A DNA stretch of 39,880 bases, taken from contig NIVC01000970.1 of assembly GCA_002269645.1 (NCBI GenBank), positions 1-39,880 on the forward strand. Direction: 5' to 3'. Positions 25,452 to 39,376 of this stretch are shown piece after piece. The notes under the pieces are model-generated. The model ran no database searches. It had not been told where the DNA came from and saw only the letters and a list, made by a program, of their open reading frames with translations. Made by a program: the position numbers and the translations under genes. The first letter of the stretch is position 1, and the number at the start of each line of letters is the position of its first letter. Source of the DNA: Macrostomum lignano (lineage: Eukaryota).

Positions 25452-26550
25452 ATGTTTAATGAGCGCCACACTGGATGTTTATTAGGCGCCACAATTGATG
25501 TTTAATGGGCTTCACAATTGATGTTTAATGAGCGCCACACTGAATGTTTAATGAGCGCCACACTAGATGTTTAATGAGCGCCACACTGGATGTTTACTGA
25601 GCGCCACACTGGATGTTTAATGAGCGCCATACTGGATGTTTGATGAGCGCCACACTGGATGTTTAATGAGCGACACAATTGGTGTTTAATGAGCGCCACA
25701 CTGGATGTTTAATGAGCGCCACACTGAATGTTTAATGAGCGCCACACTGGATGTTTAATGAGCGCCACACTGGATGTTTACTGAGCGCCACACTGGATGT
25801 TTAATGAGCGCCACACTGAATGTTTAATGAGCGCCACACTGGATGTTTAATGAGCGCCACACTGGATGTTTACTGAGCGCCACACTGGATGTTTAATGAG
25901 CGCCATACTGGATGTTTGATGAGCGCCACACTGGATGTTTAATGAGCGCCACACTGGATGTTTAATGAGCGCCACACTGAATGTTTAATGAGCGCCACAC
26001 TGGATGTTTAATGAGCGCCACACTGGATGTTTAATGAGCGCCACACTGGATGTTTAATGAGCGCCACACTGGATGTTTAATGAGCGCCACACTGGATGTT
26101 TAACGGGCGCGACACTGGGTGTTTAATGAGCGCCACAATTGATTTCTAATGGCGCCACACTGAATGTTTAATGAGCGCCACAATGGGTGTTTAATGGCGC
26201 CACACTGGATGTTTAATGAGCGCCACACTGGATATTTATTGGGCGCCACAATTGATGGTTAATGAGCGCCACAATTTATGTTTAATGAGCGCCAAACTGG
26301 ATGTTCAATGGGCGCCAGACTTTGTGATTATAAGACGCTACAATTGATGTTTTATTGGGCGCCACAATTGATGCTTAATGAGCGCCACACCTTGTGTTTA
26401 TTGGGCGCCACAATTGATGCTTAATGAGCATCACACCTTGTGTTTATTGGGCGCCACAATTGATGCTTAATGAGCATCACACCTTGTGTTTATTGGGCGC
26501 CACAATTGATGCTTAATGAGCGCCACACTGGATGCTAAATGGGCATCACA
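25452..26550 (+). repeat. 23-bp minisatellite with GCGCC core, ~47 copies
   Basis: Unit GGATGTTTAATGAGCGCCACACT; more diverged at both ends. Confidence 0.95.
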
Positions 26551-27394
26551 AGCTACAGAGCGCCAAGCCACTGAGCCGCGACAGACAAAACGGCCGATTA
26601 GAAAGTTTGTTTTTTCAGAAAATGAAACAAGAGGCCGGCATGTTACGCGATGTTTGGTCTCGGTCGGCATTTGGCCCACTTTCAGGCCCTCTCAGCTGCA
26701 AAATCTTTGCTCCACTTGCTTGCGTTGTCTGAAAATTGCTTCCAATTTCATAGCCGACAATTCATGCATTGAAGGCCCCTCGGCAAAGCTAGGAGAACCT
26801 TTCATCCGAGAGTATTACACAGTTTTTCAAGCTTTTTCTGTAACAGAGCCTGCGGCAGCCACCCCACCCCAATTGTTTGTATCTGCGCGTTAAAACTCTT
26901 GTTTTTGTGCTTCTCTCAGCTTTCTCTCTGCTTAGAACTCATTCTGTGACTGCTGCGCTGGAAACTTCAACCTATTCGAGTTAATAAATGAAAATGATAT
27001 TTCATTTCTGTCTCTTAGCAGTGCTTAATATTTTATACAATCTGTCTTGGTGTGTCAAAGTCTAGGCGTTTGCGCATGGCAACTAAAGCGTGGGGGCTGC
27101 TGTCGTACTGTAAGCGAATAATTCTTCAGATTCACAGCAAATCGACGGCTCGTTCTCGGTTGCTGCATTTTCTCAGGCATAAATTCGAGTTTAATGTCAG
27201 ATAAAAAACTTCTTTGCAGAGCCAGTATCTTTTTACAAGGAATTCAATTAGGTTAGTTTAATGCTGTTGGTTGTATAAGGTTGCTCACACCATTCTGGAT
27301 TTCACGTTTCTCTGAGAAGGATTTCAAGCTCACTTGTGATAGGCAGAAGCCCTATGGGACTGCTTTCTTTGCCCACGATCTAAGAGTTCTTTTG

Positions 27395-27815
27395 TCTATG
27401 GCAAAAACAGGGGTCTTTTTTGTCTTTTGCCTCTACACGAGTCTTTGTTGTCTATAGTCAAAACACAGGCATTTGTTGTCTATGGCCAATACACGGGTTG
27501 CTTTCACAAACGCGAAATTTCACAACCGTCTATGGCCAATACACGGGACTTTGTTGTCTATGGCCGATTCACGGGTCTTTGTTGTCTATGGCCGATTCAC
27601 GGGACTTTGTTGTCTATGGCCGATTCACGGGTCTTTGTTGTCTATGGCCGATTCACGGGACTTTGTTGTCTATGGCCGATTCACGGGACTTTGTTGTCTA
27701 TGGCCGATTCACGGGTCTTTGTTGTCTATGGCCGATTTACGGGACTTTGTTGTCTATGGCCGATTCACGGGACTTTGTTGTCTATGGCCGATTCACGGGA
27801 CTTTGTTGTCTATGG
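27395..27815 (+). repeat. 28-bp minisatellite, ~10 good copies plus degenerate leader
   Basis: Unit CTTTGTTGTCTATGGCCGATTCACGGG(A/T), regular from 27528. Confidence 0.93.
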
Positions 27816-28329
27816 TTAAAACGTCTTCGTTCTCCTTGGCAGAAGAACAAGCATAGTTGAATTCTAAAACAAAGACTAGGGTGTACGTTGCCAGTGGTAA
27901 CAAGTAAAGTCTTTGTTGATTACTAGCTATGCTTTATGAAGGGATAATAAATTTAATATCAATTTTATGTACACAAATGCAACTTACTGCTTCACAAAAC
28001 GATCGCAAATGAAAAGAGCAAAATACGCCAGCTCTTACCTCAGTTCACAATCCCAGAGAGCAGTTGAGACTCAGGAAATTCCTCACGATTGTTTTCGAAT
28101 AGCGAGCTCCCCTTGAGTCACGAGAAGTCAAAGGAAGTCAAAACGTGTAGCCGCTTGTCAACAGGTGCCGGGTTCGATTTTATTACCGTCATATCATAGC
28201 TGCGATTTTGAGCTGCTTCCGGGATCGATGAAGGTGAAATGATAGTGATCAACTCTGACAGGTGTGAACTGTGCGCGATAGCACGGTTTCAATGATCAAA
28301 ATATTGATGGGTGGGTTGAATGGGTGGCA

Positions 28330-28727
28330 AATCTATCCAATCAGTGATGTTATTAATACAGAATGGATTGCTAATCTATCCAATTAGTGATGTTATTAAT
28401 ACAGAATGGATTGCTAATCTATCCAATTAGTGATGTTATTAATACAGAATGGATTGCTAATCTATCCAATCAGTGATGTTATTAATACAGAATGGATTGC
28501 TAATCTATCCAATCAGTGATGTTATTAATACAGAATGGATTGCTAATCTATCCAATCAGTGATGTTATTAATACAGAATGGATTGCTAATCTATTCAATC
28601 AGTGATGCTATTAATACAGAATGGATTGCTAATCTATCCAATCAGTGATGCTATTAATACAGAATGGATTGCTAATCTATCCAATCAGTGATGCTATTAA
28701 TACAGAATGGATTGCTAATCTATCCAA
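28330..28727 (+). repeat. 43-bp minisatellite, ~9 copies; same family as 7707-8064
   Basis: Unit GGATTGCTAATCTATCCAATCAGTGATG(T/C)TATTAATACAGAAT. Confidence 0.95.
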
Positions 28728-29800
28728 AGTGCACAAGACTTTCAGAGTGCAGTGAAAGCAAGCCGGTGTCGCAAAAGCAGTGCAATGATGTACAAGTGTC
28801 TCTCAAAACTCCAAAATGAAAGTTTTGAGCGAGAGTGATACGCAAGAATGGAGCTCGGAGACTCAGATGCCAGCAAGTTGGGGGGGGGGCGGTGGGCGGC
28901 AGGGCACCTGCATCTCAATCAGAAACCCTGCCAGTATTTTAACATCACCCAGAGGCCTCACACAGCAGAGACAATGGCAAACATAATAGCATGAGCACTG
29001 AGAATAGACACACTGGGGCTGAGGAGACTCAGAGACACACAGCGAGTTGAGAACGGGGACTGGCCTCAAACACACCTTGAAGCCCCTCTCAGCGCCACCC
29101 CAATGGCACTTTCCTGTATAACTACCTGCTGTAACAAGCAAGTGTCTGTCGGGGCAGCAGCAGTGTAGAATTATTTTGTGCCATTCGCTCAGCTGTTCAG
29201 CTCTGCCCCAGCATTCGAAACGCACTCGCAGCATTGCTTGAGCATTTCTTGAGCATTGCTTGAGCATTTCGCTGCCAGAAAATTCTACAGAAGACAAGCT
29301 GGGCAAAGTTCGAAAAGGTGAGCCTCTGACAGGACAGCACCAGCGTGACCCGACTAGCGAAAATCGAACTGGACAAAATTTCGCCTTTTTGTCATTTTCT
29401 TCCACTAAAAAATCCTCTCGTTTCGAAGAAAATCTTTCGGGGATCTCCCGGGATCAGTCGGGCGAAGGAGGGGCCAACTGTGGAATTTCTTCAAGACCGG
29501 CTTTGACAAAATCTTCCGCCAAGTCTTCCGCCTGCTCCCGCATTTCCCGGGGATTGCTTCAGACCGACTCTTTGTCTGCCCCGCGCCTCGCCTCCTTCTT
29601 TGTCTTCCTCTTCAGAGAAACACGATAGAATAAACAGTTTAGAAATTCCATGCCGGAACTTTTTAAACTAACTGCAACTTGGACCATCCTGGGGAGCATT
29701 AATATCCCCACGGGTTTGGCTGGCGGCTTGAAGGGCCAGCGGCACCCACCTCCACCAGCCCAGCAGCCACGGAGAGCCGATGAACACCGCATCTGGGGTG

Positions 29801-29819
29801 CTATCTGTCTATCTATCTG

Positions 29820-29865
<46 letters not shown>
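29801..29865 (+). repeat. Short (TATC)n microsatellite
   Basis: About 16 units. Confidence 0.95.
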
Positions 29866-30388
29866 GTGGCTTCCAATCCAGATAGCTGATTTTAGAGCCC
29901 CATGCCCATACATAGCTTATGTTTACAGTGCATTCTGGTGGGTGCTGTAGTATCCGGCTATCTTAAAAAGGCGCAGGCCTCCTTTATCAGTATGGTTTAC
30001 ACTTTTTTTACGTCGCGATTTTGTTTTGCTGAAAAGCAGCATTCTGTTTCACTGCATCCGTGGCTGTTTGCTTTTTTGCGATAGACTGAATAAAAACAGC
30101 AGTTTCATCACTGTTTTACGCCGACCATTCGCTCAGAGTCCCTGACGCATGCAGAGCTCTGTTAATATTCCTCATTTTCCAATTGTACCGCAGTGACTCA
30201 TACTGCCGGTTTATGAAGTCTCTTGGCCAGTTTCTCCTTGAACTGCATCGATAGCGCCACGTTTTCAATACAAGCACTCGGTTACTCGGTCATTGTGTTG
30301 CGTCAGGGGTCCCGTTTGTGAGTGTGTCATTTTGTCAGGGGTTAATTTCTTCCCGCTTTACTATATCACTACGTCAATCTGTGACTCC

Positions 30389-30714
30389 GTCACCCTGTCA
30401 CCCTGTCACCTTGTCACCCTGTCACCCTGTCACCCTGTCACCCTGTCACCCTGTCACCCTGTCACCCAATCACACTGTCACCCTGTCACCCTGTCACTCT
30501 GTCAACCTGTCACCCAGTCACCCTGTCATCATGTCACCCTGCGACTCTGTCACTCCGTCACTCCGTCACTCTGTCACCCTGCCACCCTGTCACTCTGTCA
30601 CCCTGTCACTCCGTCACTCTGTCATCATGTCACCCTGCAACTCTGTCACTCCGTCACTCCTTCACCTGGCACTCCGTCACTCCGTCACCCTGTCACCCCG
30701 TCACCCTGTCACCC
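30389..30714 (+). repeat. 8-bp minisatellite, ~40 copies
   Basis: Unit GTCACCCT with GTCACTCC/GTCACTCT variants. Confidence 0.93.
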
Positions 30715-31298
30715 ATGAACTCAATCTTCTTGCACTCATTTGCTCATTCGATCACATGCACCTGATTCGAGTTCGAACTTTCAGTGCAGTTTTATTTAAT
30801 CAAACGATGGAATCAAGAATCCCTCTTTCTGCCTTTGCCTGTGCACCGATTGTTTTGGTTTCGAAATACTTCGGCAGTGCAGCTTCCTTGGTCCCCCTTC
30901 ATCAGCAATGCGTCATATCTGTCTGTTTAATAGCCTAAAGTGCCTGCGCTGGTGGCAGGCAGGCTGGGAGATCCGGGTTGGCCGCCTTGTTTTGAGGGCG
31001 ACTTCCACTTGCTGGTGGCCGCGGAGGGGAGCAGAGCAGACATGGCCTCTCCATTTGATGATCCTCTACTTAAAATATCCCATTTAAGCCGGAGGTGGGT
31101 GCCGGCTTTACCTGTCTTCCCTTTTTTCCTCTGCCCCTTTATCTTTTAGTTCGTAGAGCAAGAAATCTTTGCTGGGTTAAGTGGCTTTGGTGCTGGGAGG
31201 GGCCTCCCAGGCTGACCTGGTATGACTTTTTTAATAGCCAAGGGCTGCCGACAGACATAATTTCGAGATACCAAGCAGGGGTGCAGCCAGGGGGCAAG

Positions 31299-31572
31299 GT
31301 GCTGGCGCCCCTGGTGCTGGCGCCCCTGGTGCTGGCGCCCCTGGTGCTGGCGCCCCTGGTGCTGGCGCCCCTGGTGCTGGCGCCCCTGGTGCTGGCGCCC
31401 CTGGTGCTGGCGCCCTGGTGCTGGCGCCCCTGGTGCTGGCGCCCCTGGTGCTGGCGCCCCTGGTGCTGGCGCCCCTGGTGCTGGCGCCCCTGGTGCTGGC
31501 GCCCCTGGTGCTGGCGCCCCTGGTGCTGGCGCCCCTGGTGCTGGCGCCCCTGGTGCTGGCGCCCCTGGTGCT
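31299..31572 (+). repeat. 15-bp minisatellite, 18 copies
   Basis: Unit GTGCTGGCGCCCCTG; one copy is 14 bp. Confidence 0.97.
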
Positions 31573-32264
31573 TTTAAAGAGTATATTAACGCGGTCTAGA
31601 ATACAAATAAGTGAAAGGTGAAATATCAGTAATAATGATAATAATAATCTGTGGGCATCCACAAGCTCACATTGAAACAAACAAGTTGAAACAGACAAAA
31701 AACAAGTTGCAAAAAGTACTTTTCTGAGATCAGATTGATAAGTTTTCAAGTCCCAGGGTTAAATTCTTAAAGAATTGTCGAGTCTGAATGCCGCAGCGCC
31801 CCCCTGCAATCTGGCTGACTAATTGGCACAAACTGACAAGCTTAGCGACAATAAACAGGGATCACAGGCTGGGTGCTACCTGCGCCAGCCACCCCTCACT
31901 GCTTGAAATGATTTGGAAGCAAGACTAGGAGCAAAAGTCTTCACCTTTACCTGCTTCTGCTGCTTCGGGTGCCTGCTGTGGACCCGCAATTGGCTACGGC
32001 TTGGGGAGTTTCCGGTAGTGACTGGGAGGTCCGCACCCCCTCTGCAGAGCAACTCTCTGATCCCACTCGCTAGAGAGGGTCGCAGAATATTGGGAAAATA
32101 AACTTGCAGTGGGTACGGTAGTGAGGCAATTGCGATGCGGAGCTCAGCGAGGCTGGGGGCTGTCCTTAGAGGGAGGGAGGATCGCTGGAAGTGAATGTCT
32201 GTCACTGCCAAGGATAAATAAGGTGATGGAAAGTCACAGCACCGGTGACCTCTGACCTGGGAAC

Positions 32265-32786
<522 letters not shown>

Positions 32787-32804
32787 ACCGCTCGCCCAGC
32801 TCTT

Positions 32805-32935
32805 GAACTTCAATTTAATGTTTCTAACGGCTTTTAGGAGAGAATTGGCGCGGTTAATGCTTCTTGTTATTGTGTGAAATTCCCGAGTAGTCACGTGCTC
32901 TTTTAATTAAATTTAGCTTGCAATATTTATGATAT
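32805..32935. repeat. Dispersed repeat preceding (TATC)n, copy 2
   Basis: Homologous to 13021-13135, with an extra ~12-bp segment. Confidence 0.8.
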
Positions 32936-32939
32936 TCCA

Positions 32940-33310
<371 letters not shown>

Positions 33311-33413
33311 AAATTAACTTATCAGAAGAGGCCAGACCACGGCTCTCCCAGAGAGAGGCAGCCGTCTCTCACTCAGCGGGTCGATTTCGCCGCCGTGACG
33401 GCAGGCAGTCAAA

Positions 33414-33457
33414 GTGGCTGCAGTGGCTGCAGTGGCTGCAGTGGCTGCAGTGGCTGC
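33414..33457 (+). repeat. 9-bp tandem repeat, ~5 copies
   Basis: Unit GTGGCTGCA. Confidence 0.9.
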
Positions 33458-34396
33458 CTCTATCAGTTTAGCGCGCTGATAGGTTTGTAAAAAAACTTTT
33501 TTTCGGAGAAAATGGGAATCCACTATTTGCAGGGGATTCGGCAGCAGTGGAGTGATGGGGAAAACACGGAGCTGCTGGAGAATCCGCAAGGCGCACTGAC
33601 AGACAGCTGTCAGTCGGGCTGCCTCGGCACTCAACCGGTCCATCTCTGCATTCGATTGGCAAAAAACTGGGGGCTCTGTCATTTTCATACCGATTTCAAA
33701 ATTCGAATTTTTTGTTTGAGATTTTTTTAAACGGCGGCGTGGGAAAGTCGGTCCAGTTTGAATTTCGGTCACGGACGGCGGGAGCGTGGGCCCGTAAAAA
33801 TGTTTTTTAGAGTAATTGAAGGTTCTGCTGGCGAGTCCCTGTGGCCCCGGGTTTTCCTAGAAAAGCAGAAATCCGTCGCAATAGAAAGTGAGAGAGCAAG
33901 GGGGGTCAGCAGCTGTAAGGCGGGGTCAGATGAGGGTCAGATGAGTTTCCCTTGCCAGAGCTTCTCCATAGCGATACACCTGTCTCTTCCCGTGAGACAG
34001 GAAGTGAAAATCCGCAGAAACTCCCCAACACACCCGGCCTTGAATTGCAGGATTGAAATCCCATACCGGAGTCTCGATTGTCTATCGCCTCCCCACCGCC
34101 TCAATTTTCAGGTCCCTTTCAGACCGACACCGTCCTGCCACTGAAAGCGGGAGGAAGGCCGCGCATTGGCGGACTCCGGGGGTCCCCGCAGCCTCATTGG
34201 TCCGTGGGCCAGGCAGAGGGCCTGTGAGAGAGACAGAGAGGGAGGGCTGGCCAGCATAAACTCTGCAGCGTTCAGCCTCCAGTCCTGCAGCCTTTGTGTC
34301 TCTTCGCTTTCCAGCCTCTTCGCTCGCCTGTTTAAACCAGGAACCTCGCAAAGTGACGGCGAGAGGCGAATCCCAGCTCATTCTTAGAAACTGACC

Positions 34397-36866
34397 ATGC
34401 CGCCGCTGCTGCGCCTCCTCCTGCTGCAGCTGCTGCTGGCCGCCGGGGCGCTCGCCCAGACTCGGACGGTCACCCTCAACGTCGAGGAGAAAACCGCGGT
34501 GGACACCCCGGTCGGCACCCTGAACGCGCAGCCAGCCGGCGGCAGCTACTTCGTCAAGGACGACTACTTCGCGTGAACCAGGACACCGGAGTCGTCACCG
34601 TGAAGGCGCCGATCGACCGGGACCTGGACGCAGCTGAGCTGTGCAACTTGAAGCCGGCGCCAATCAACGGCAGCTGCGTCCGCGAGTTCACCGTCATGTA
34701 CGACGGCGGCAGGTTCATCCTGGTGCGCATCGGCATTGCGGACAGGAACGACCACAGCCCGCAGTGGGGCATCTCTCGGCTGGACGTCTCCTTCCCGGAG
34801 AACGTTCGGCCCAACACAGCGCGCAGCATCAGCCCGACGGCCACCGACCCGACCTGGGCCGGAACTCGGTCACCGCCTACCGGATGCGGCCCGACTCTCC
34901 CAGCTTCCGGCTCGAGGTGGCCACCGATCCGATCACGGGCGCGTTGGTGCCCAAGCTGGTCGTCCAGCAGGAGTTGGACCGCGAGATCACGGCGTTTTAC
35001 AACTTCACGCTGACCGCTGAGGACGGCGGCGGTCGCCAGACCTCCGTGCCGCTGACCGTGACGGTGCTTGACGTCAACGATGAGAGTCCGGTGTTCCAGC
35101 AGAACGCCTACGCGGGCAGCGTTCGCGAGGACGCCAGCAACGGCTGGACGGTGCTGACGGTGCTCGCCACCGACAAGGACATCGGGCTGAACGGCAACGT
35201 GTCTTACCGGTTCGCCACCGAGACCCCGAAGACCATCAGATCCGCGTTCGACATCGGCCTGTACAGCGGCAGCATCTTCGTGAGGGACTCCAGCAAGCTG
35301 GACTATGAGACCGACAAGCAGTACGAGTTCAGCGTGGTTGCCAGGGACGCCGGCTCCGACCCCAAAGAGGACCGGGCCAGCGTCATCATCAACGTCATCG
35401 ACGTCAACGACCAGAAGCCGGAGATCGAGCTGTACTGGGACAAGGCAGTCACCGTGATGGAGAACAAAGTCAACGCCACAGTTGTCACTTTGATGGTGTC
35501 GGACAAGGATGCTGGGCAGGCTGGGGAGTTCGACTGCTCCATCATGGACCGGGAGCAGTACTTCACCCTGACGAAGCTCAACAAGGTGCAGAGCCGCGTG
35601 TTCTACCGAATGGCCACAAAGGTCGGCCTGGACCGCGAGGAGTTCGCGGTGCAGAACCCCACGGTGTCCTGCACGGACCGCGGCCTGCCGCCGCTGACCA
35701 ACTCGCTGCCCGTCACTGTCCAGGTGCTCGACGAGAACGACAGCCCGCCAGTGTTTGTCAGCGGAGGCGGCTACTTCAGGAAGGAGTTCGCCGAGGGCAA
35801 CTCGCCCGGCGACCAGGTGCTCAACGTCACCGCCATCGACCGGGACGTCGGCGAGAACGCGCGGCTGACCTACCAGATTGTGTGGAAGTCCTCCGAGACC
35901 AGCGCCAACCCCTTCGAGATCGACGCCAACGGACTCATCGAGCTCGCGAGACGCTCGACCGCGAGCGGAACCCGGCCGGCTTCGAGTTCTCCGTCACCGC
36001 CAGCGACGGGCCGCACGTGGCCACCGCCACCGTGTCGATTCCCCTCATCGACATCAACGACAATCCGCCCTTGTTCGACCGGCAGCTGTACCAGTTCCGC
36101 GTCACCGAGACCGACAGCACCGGCCAGCACGTCGGCGATTTGAACGCCACGGACGCGGACGCTGGCAGCAACGGGCTGGTCCGCTTCGCGCTGCACCCGG
36201 CAGAGGTTGGCGTGCCGTTCCAGCTGCCCAGCGAGGGGCCCTCGATATACACGCTGCACCCCATCGACCGCGAGTTCCGCGCCTCCTACCAGTTCCGCGT
36301 GATCGCCTTCGACCAGGGCGCCACCGACAGGAACACCGCCACGGCCACCGTCAGCGTTGTCGTGGCCGACGTGAACGACTGCGACCCGGTGTTCCAGTTC
36401 CCCACGCCCGCCGGCGACTCCGAGGTCCGGCTATCCTACCAGGAGCCGCCGGACTTTCAGGTGGCCGAGATTCGAGCCACGGACGCGGACGCTGGCGCGA
36501 ACAGCAAACTGACGTTCAGCCTCAAGCAGGGCAACCTGTACGAGCGGTTCAGCATCGACCCGGACTCCGGCAAGCTGTACGTAAAGAAGCCGATGAGCCG
36601 CAGCGACATGGGCGTCACCAGGCTGACCATCACCGCCACGGACTCGGGCAGTCCGCAGCGCTCGGCCGAGGCCGCCCTGAAGATCCGCATCGACGACCGG
36701 CCACCGACCAGCCTGCTGAAGGACGCGTGGTCAGCGGACATGGAGACCAACAAGCTGATCATCATCTGCATTGTGGTGGCCACCGGAGTCATCTGCGCCA
36801 TTCTCATCACGGCCATCTGCCTCATGGCCAGGAAGCAGCCCTGCTCTGCCGGCCACATCAGTCACG
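34397..36866 (+). CDS. Protocadherin (7 EC repeats, delta-1-like architecture), single large exon; three apparent 1-bp frameshifts (~34571, ~34849, ~35939)
   Basis: ATG in CTGACCATG context and signal peptide MPPLLRLLLLQLLLAAGALA. Cadherin motifs DRD/DRE/DYE and linkers DRNDHSP, DVNDESP, DVNDQKP, DENDSPP, DINDNPP, DVNDCDP. EC1 cysteine pair (ELC...SC). TM LIIICIVVATGVICAILITAICLMA followed by RKQ. Probable donor CACG|GTGAGC at 36866/36867; if unspliced, stop at 36902-36904. Stitched from ORFs 34573-35013, 34641-36143 and 35882-36904 plus an untracked 59-codon start. Confidence 0.92.
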
Positions 36867-38817
36867 GTGAGCCGCCAGCCTCCTTGCTATTCACCCAGTT
36901 GTAGCTTTTTTCCCACAGTTTTGCTCTAATTGGGAGATTTTTCCTCCACGGGATCTGGGCCGGCACAATGGGAGGAGGGCGACACGGGGTCTACCTGGCG
37001 TGTATCGATCCCGCAGGCTTCCGGGACTGACCCGTGCCCGGTGTCTCAAGCCCCTCTTCTGTCTTTCTCTCCCCTGCCTCCCAGCCCAGCATGTCTGCGG
37101 AAGCTTTACCTGAGCAGAGGAGACACACAAATCTCTTCTTCACGCGATTTCAAACTTTGCTCAGCCTAATTTTCGTTCGCGTCTTCTTTTTTTTCTTATT
37201 TCGAGAAGCAAAAAAGTCCAGCCAAGCTGGGGCCGCACAATGTCTCTTGGATTTTTTCTCAAAAAAATAAGAAACTCCCCATAACTCATTTAGAAGGACC
37301 AGCCGGTGCTTCCCTTTTTTGAGCGATGACGCCCGGGGTGTGGAGAGAGAGGAGAGATGAGAGAAAAGTTCTGAGGCTAAAAAAATTCTTTAAACCCCCC
37401 CCCAGCGTCTCCTTCAGCGGCTTATCGCCAAGTAGCGGCTCCGCGGCTTTCTTAGAAAACCTGGGGCAGGGGGGAGGACCGAATTTGTAGAGCTGCGGAC
37501 AGGCAGCCCAGGTAAGGCTCAGGTGTACATGCGAAACCACCTGCTGGCACCCAGCCAATACAACCACTTCTTCAACACCCTCCCCTTGCTGAGCTGAGGC
37601 CCTCTAAAGATCTCGTCCACCTTCCTACTCTGAGCACTGTGGAGCACAAGGAGAGCGGCCTGGGCAAGGCCGCATGCGTCAGCCACAGGGCCTGACGTGT
37701 TTGAACAGCGATACCCCTGAGGCCCCCCGGGCGCTCTTAGCACCAATAGCTGTTTCTCTAAGGTAATGGGCCTTGGCCAAAGCTAATGTTAGCCGCCCCC
37801 CCAGACCAAGGAATCTGACAGATGGAGGCCGGGGAGCAGGCGAGTTTGATAGATTGATGCGCGTATTGCTCACTGTTGACAGGGCTGTCACCGGACTGGG
37901 GCGCAGCCGTTGAGAACTGCCAGTTCTTCTGACTGACTGACTGAGCTAACAAATGGGATCAAATGGGGAATTTTAGAGATCCCAAATAGTGGCTGGCTTA
38001 AAGAGTAAAACTTCTAGCCTGCAAGCCTTCAGCTGCAAGTTCGAGTGGGACTCGCCTCACTTGGCCAAAAGTTCCTTCCCAAGTTTTAATCGGCTGGTTA
38101 CCATGGGACTCGCTGGCAAGGTGGGGACGGAGCACGATGGATGGGGAGTAAAATCCATCAAGCACAGCCCGCACTTTCTCTCAGCTCAGACCGAGCCGAA
38201 GCTCCAAACCTCAGCTTCCGAGCTTCATCAGCTCGGCCCGCTGGCCAAATCAGGTCCGAGAGTTGCCGCTCCGCATTCGTCATTAGCATTTTATCAAATT
38301 CCCGAAGCCGCTTCCCAAATGGGAAATTTCTCCCAGCCGTGCCAGCTCCGGTGAGCGAGTTCGCACTTGTCCCCCGCCGCCTGCAAACAGGGAGATAAAA
38401 AACTCAGCAACAGCCGACATCGTCTGCAGAAAGAGAAAATTCCTCATAGTCATCTTTAACGGGTCGAATTTCTAAAAGATTTCCGTTGAAGAGCTTCATC
38501 AGGATTCTGTGAGCTGCTCAAATATTTGCCTTTCTTTTCCTGAGCGTGTGAAAATCCTATAGGGCTGAGCTGAGGCAAAACTCTCTCCCGATGAGCAGCG
38601 CATTTTAGTCCTCAGATGGGAATTGGTTATTACAGTCAGACAAGTTCAAAGAGGAATTTGTCCCGCTCCCCTTTTGACAACTGCTTTGGCCGAGACAGCG
38701 CAGAATTAACCATTTCGAACTCAAGGCGCGCAATATTGGGAGTTGGGAGTGGCAGTGCGTGAATTGATTTGCAAAATAACGAGGATATTTTAGGGAACGA
38801 AATCTAGGAATGGGTTG

Positions 38818-38981
38818 GGGAGAGTGGAGAGAGATGAATAGATGAGATAGGGGTGGAGACATGAGAGGTTGAGGTTGAGGTAGAAAGACGAGAGAGAAGT
38901 AGAGATGAAAGAGAGAAGTAGAAAGATGAGAGAGGTAGAGAGATGAGAGATAGAGGTAGAGAGATGAAATATAGGTAAAGA

Positions 38982-39046
<65 letters not shown>

Positions 39047-39138
39047 TGAAATAGAGGTAGAGAGATGAGAGAGAGAGAGAGAGAGCAAGAGAGCGAGAGA
39101 GAGGGAGAGAGATGAGAGAGAGGTAGAGAGATGAGAGA

Positions 39139-39192
<54 letters not shown>

Positions 39193-39202
39193 TAGAGAGA
39201 GA

Positions 39203-39239
<37 letters not shown>

Positions 39240-39280
39240 AGAGAGGTAGAGAGATGAGAGAGAGGTAGAGAGATGAGAGA

Positions 39281-39361
<81 letters not shown>

Positions 39362-39376
39362 GGAAGAGAGAGAGAA
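38818..39376 (+). repeat. (GA)n-rich purine tract
   Basis: Long (GA)n runs interrupted by GAGGTAGAGAGATGA-type variants. Confidence 0.95.

Noticed and set aside
29455-29558. Protein-like acidic stretch REMREQAEDLAEDFVKAGLEEIPQ (minus strand)
   Set aside because: About 34 codons bounded by stops, with no convincing splice sites and no recognisable homolog.
30902-30916. 15-nt match TCAGCAATGCGTCAT to the 31-bp unit at 19208
   Set aside because: Single short match with no flanking similarity.
31276-31572. 15-mer array as an amplified hAT TIR (reverse complement CAGGGGCGCCAGC; CAGGGGTGCAGC just upstream)
   Set aside because: No 8-bp TSD (ATACCAAG vs GTGCTTTT) and the match is short.
37524-37695. 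Candidate protocadherin exon 2 after CTCAG|
   Set aside because: No polypyrimidine tract, and the phase-1 peptide has no cadherin cytoplasmic motif.
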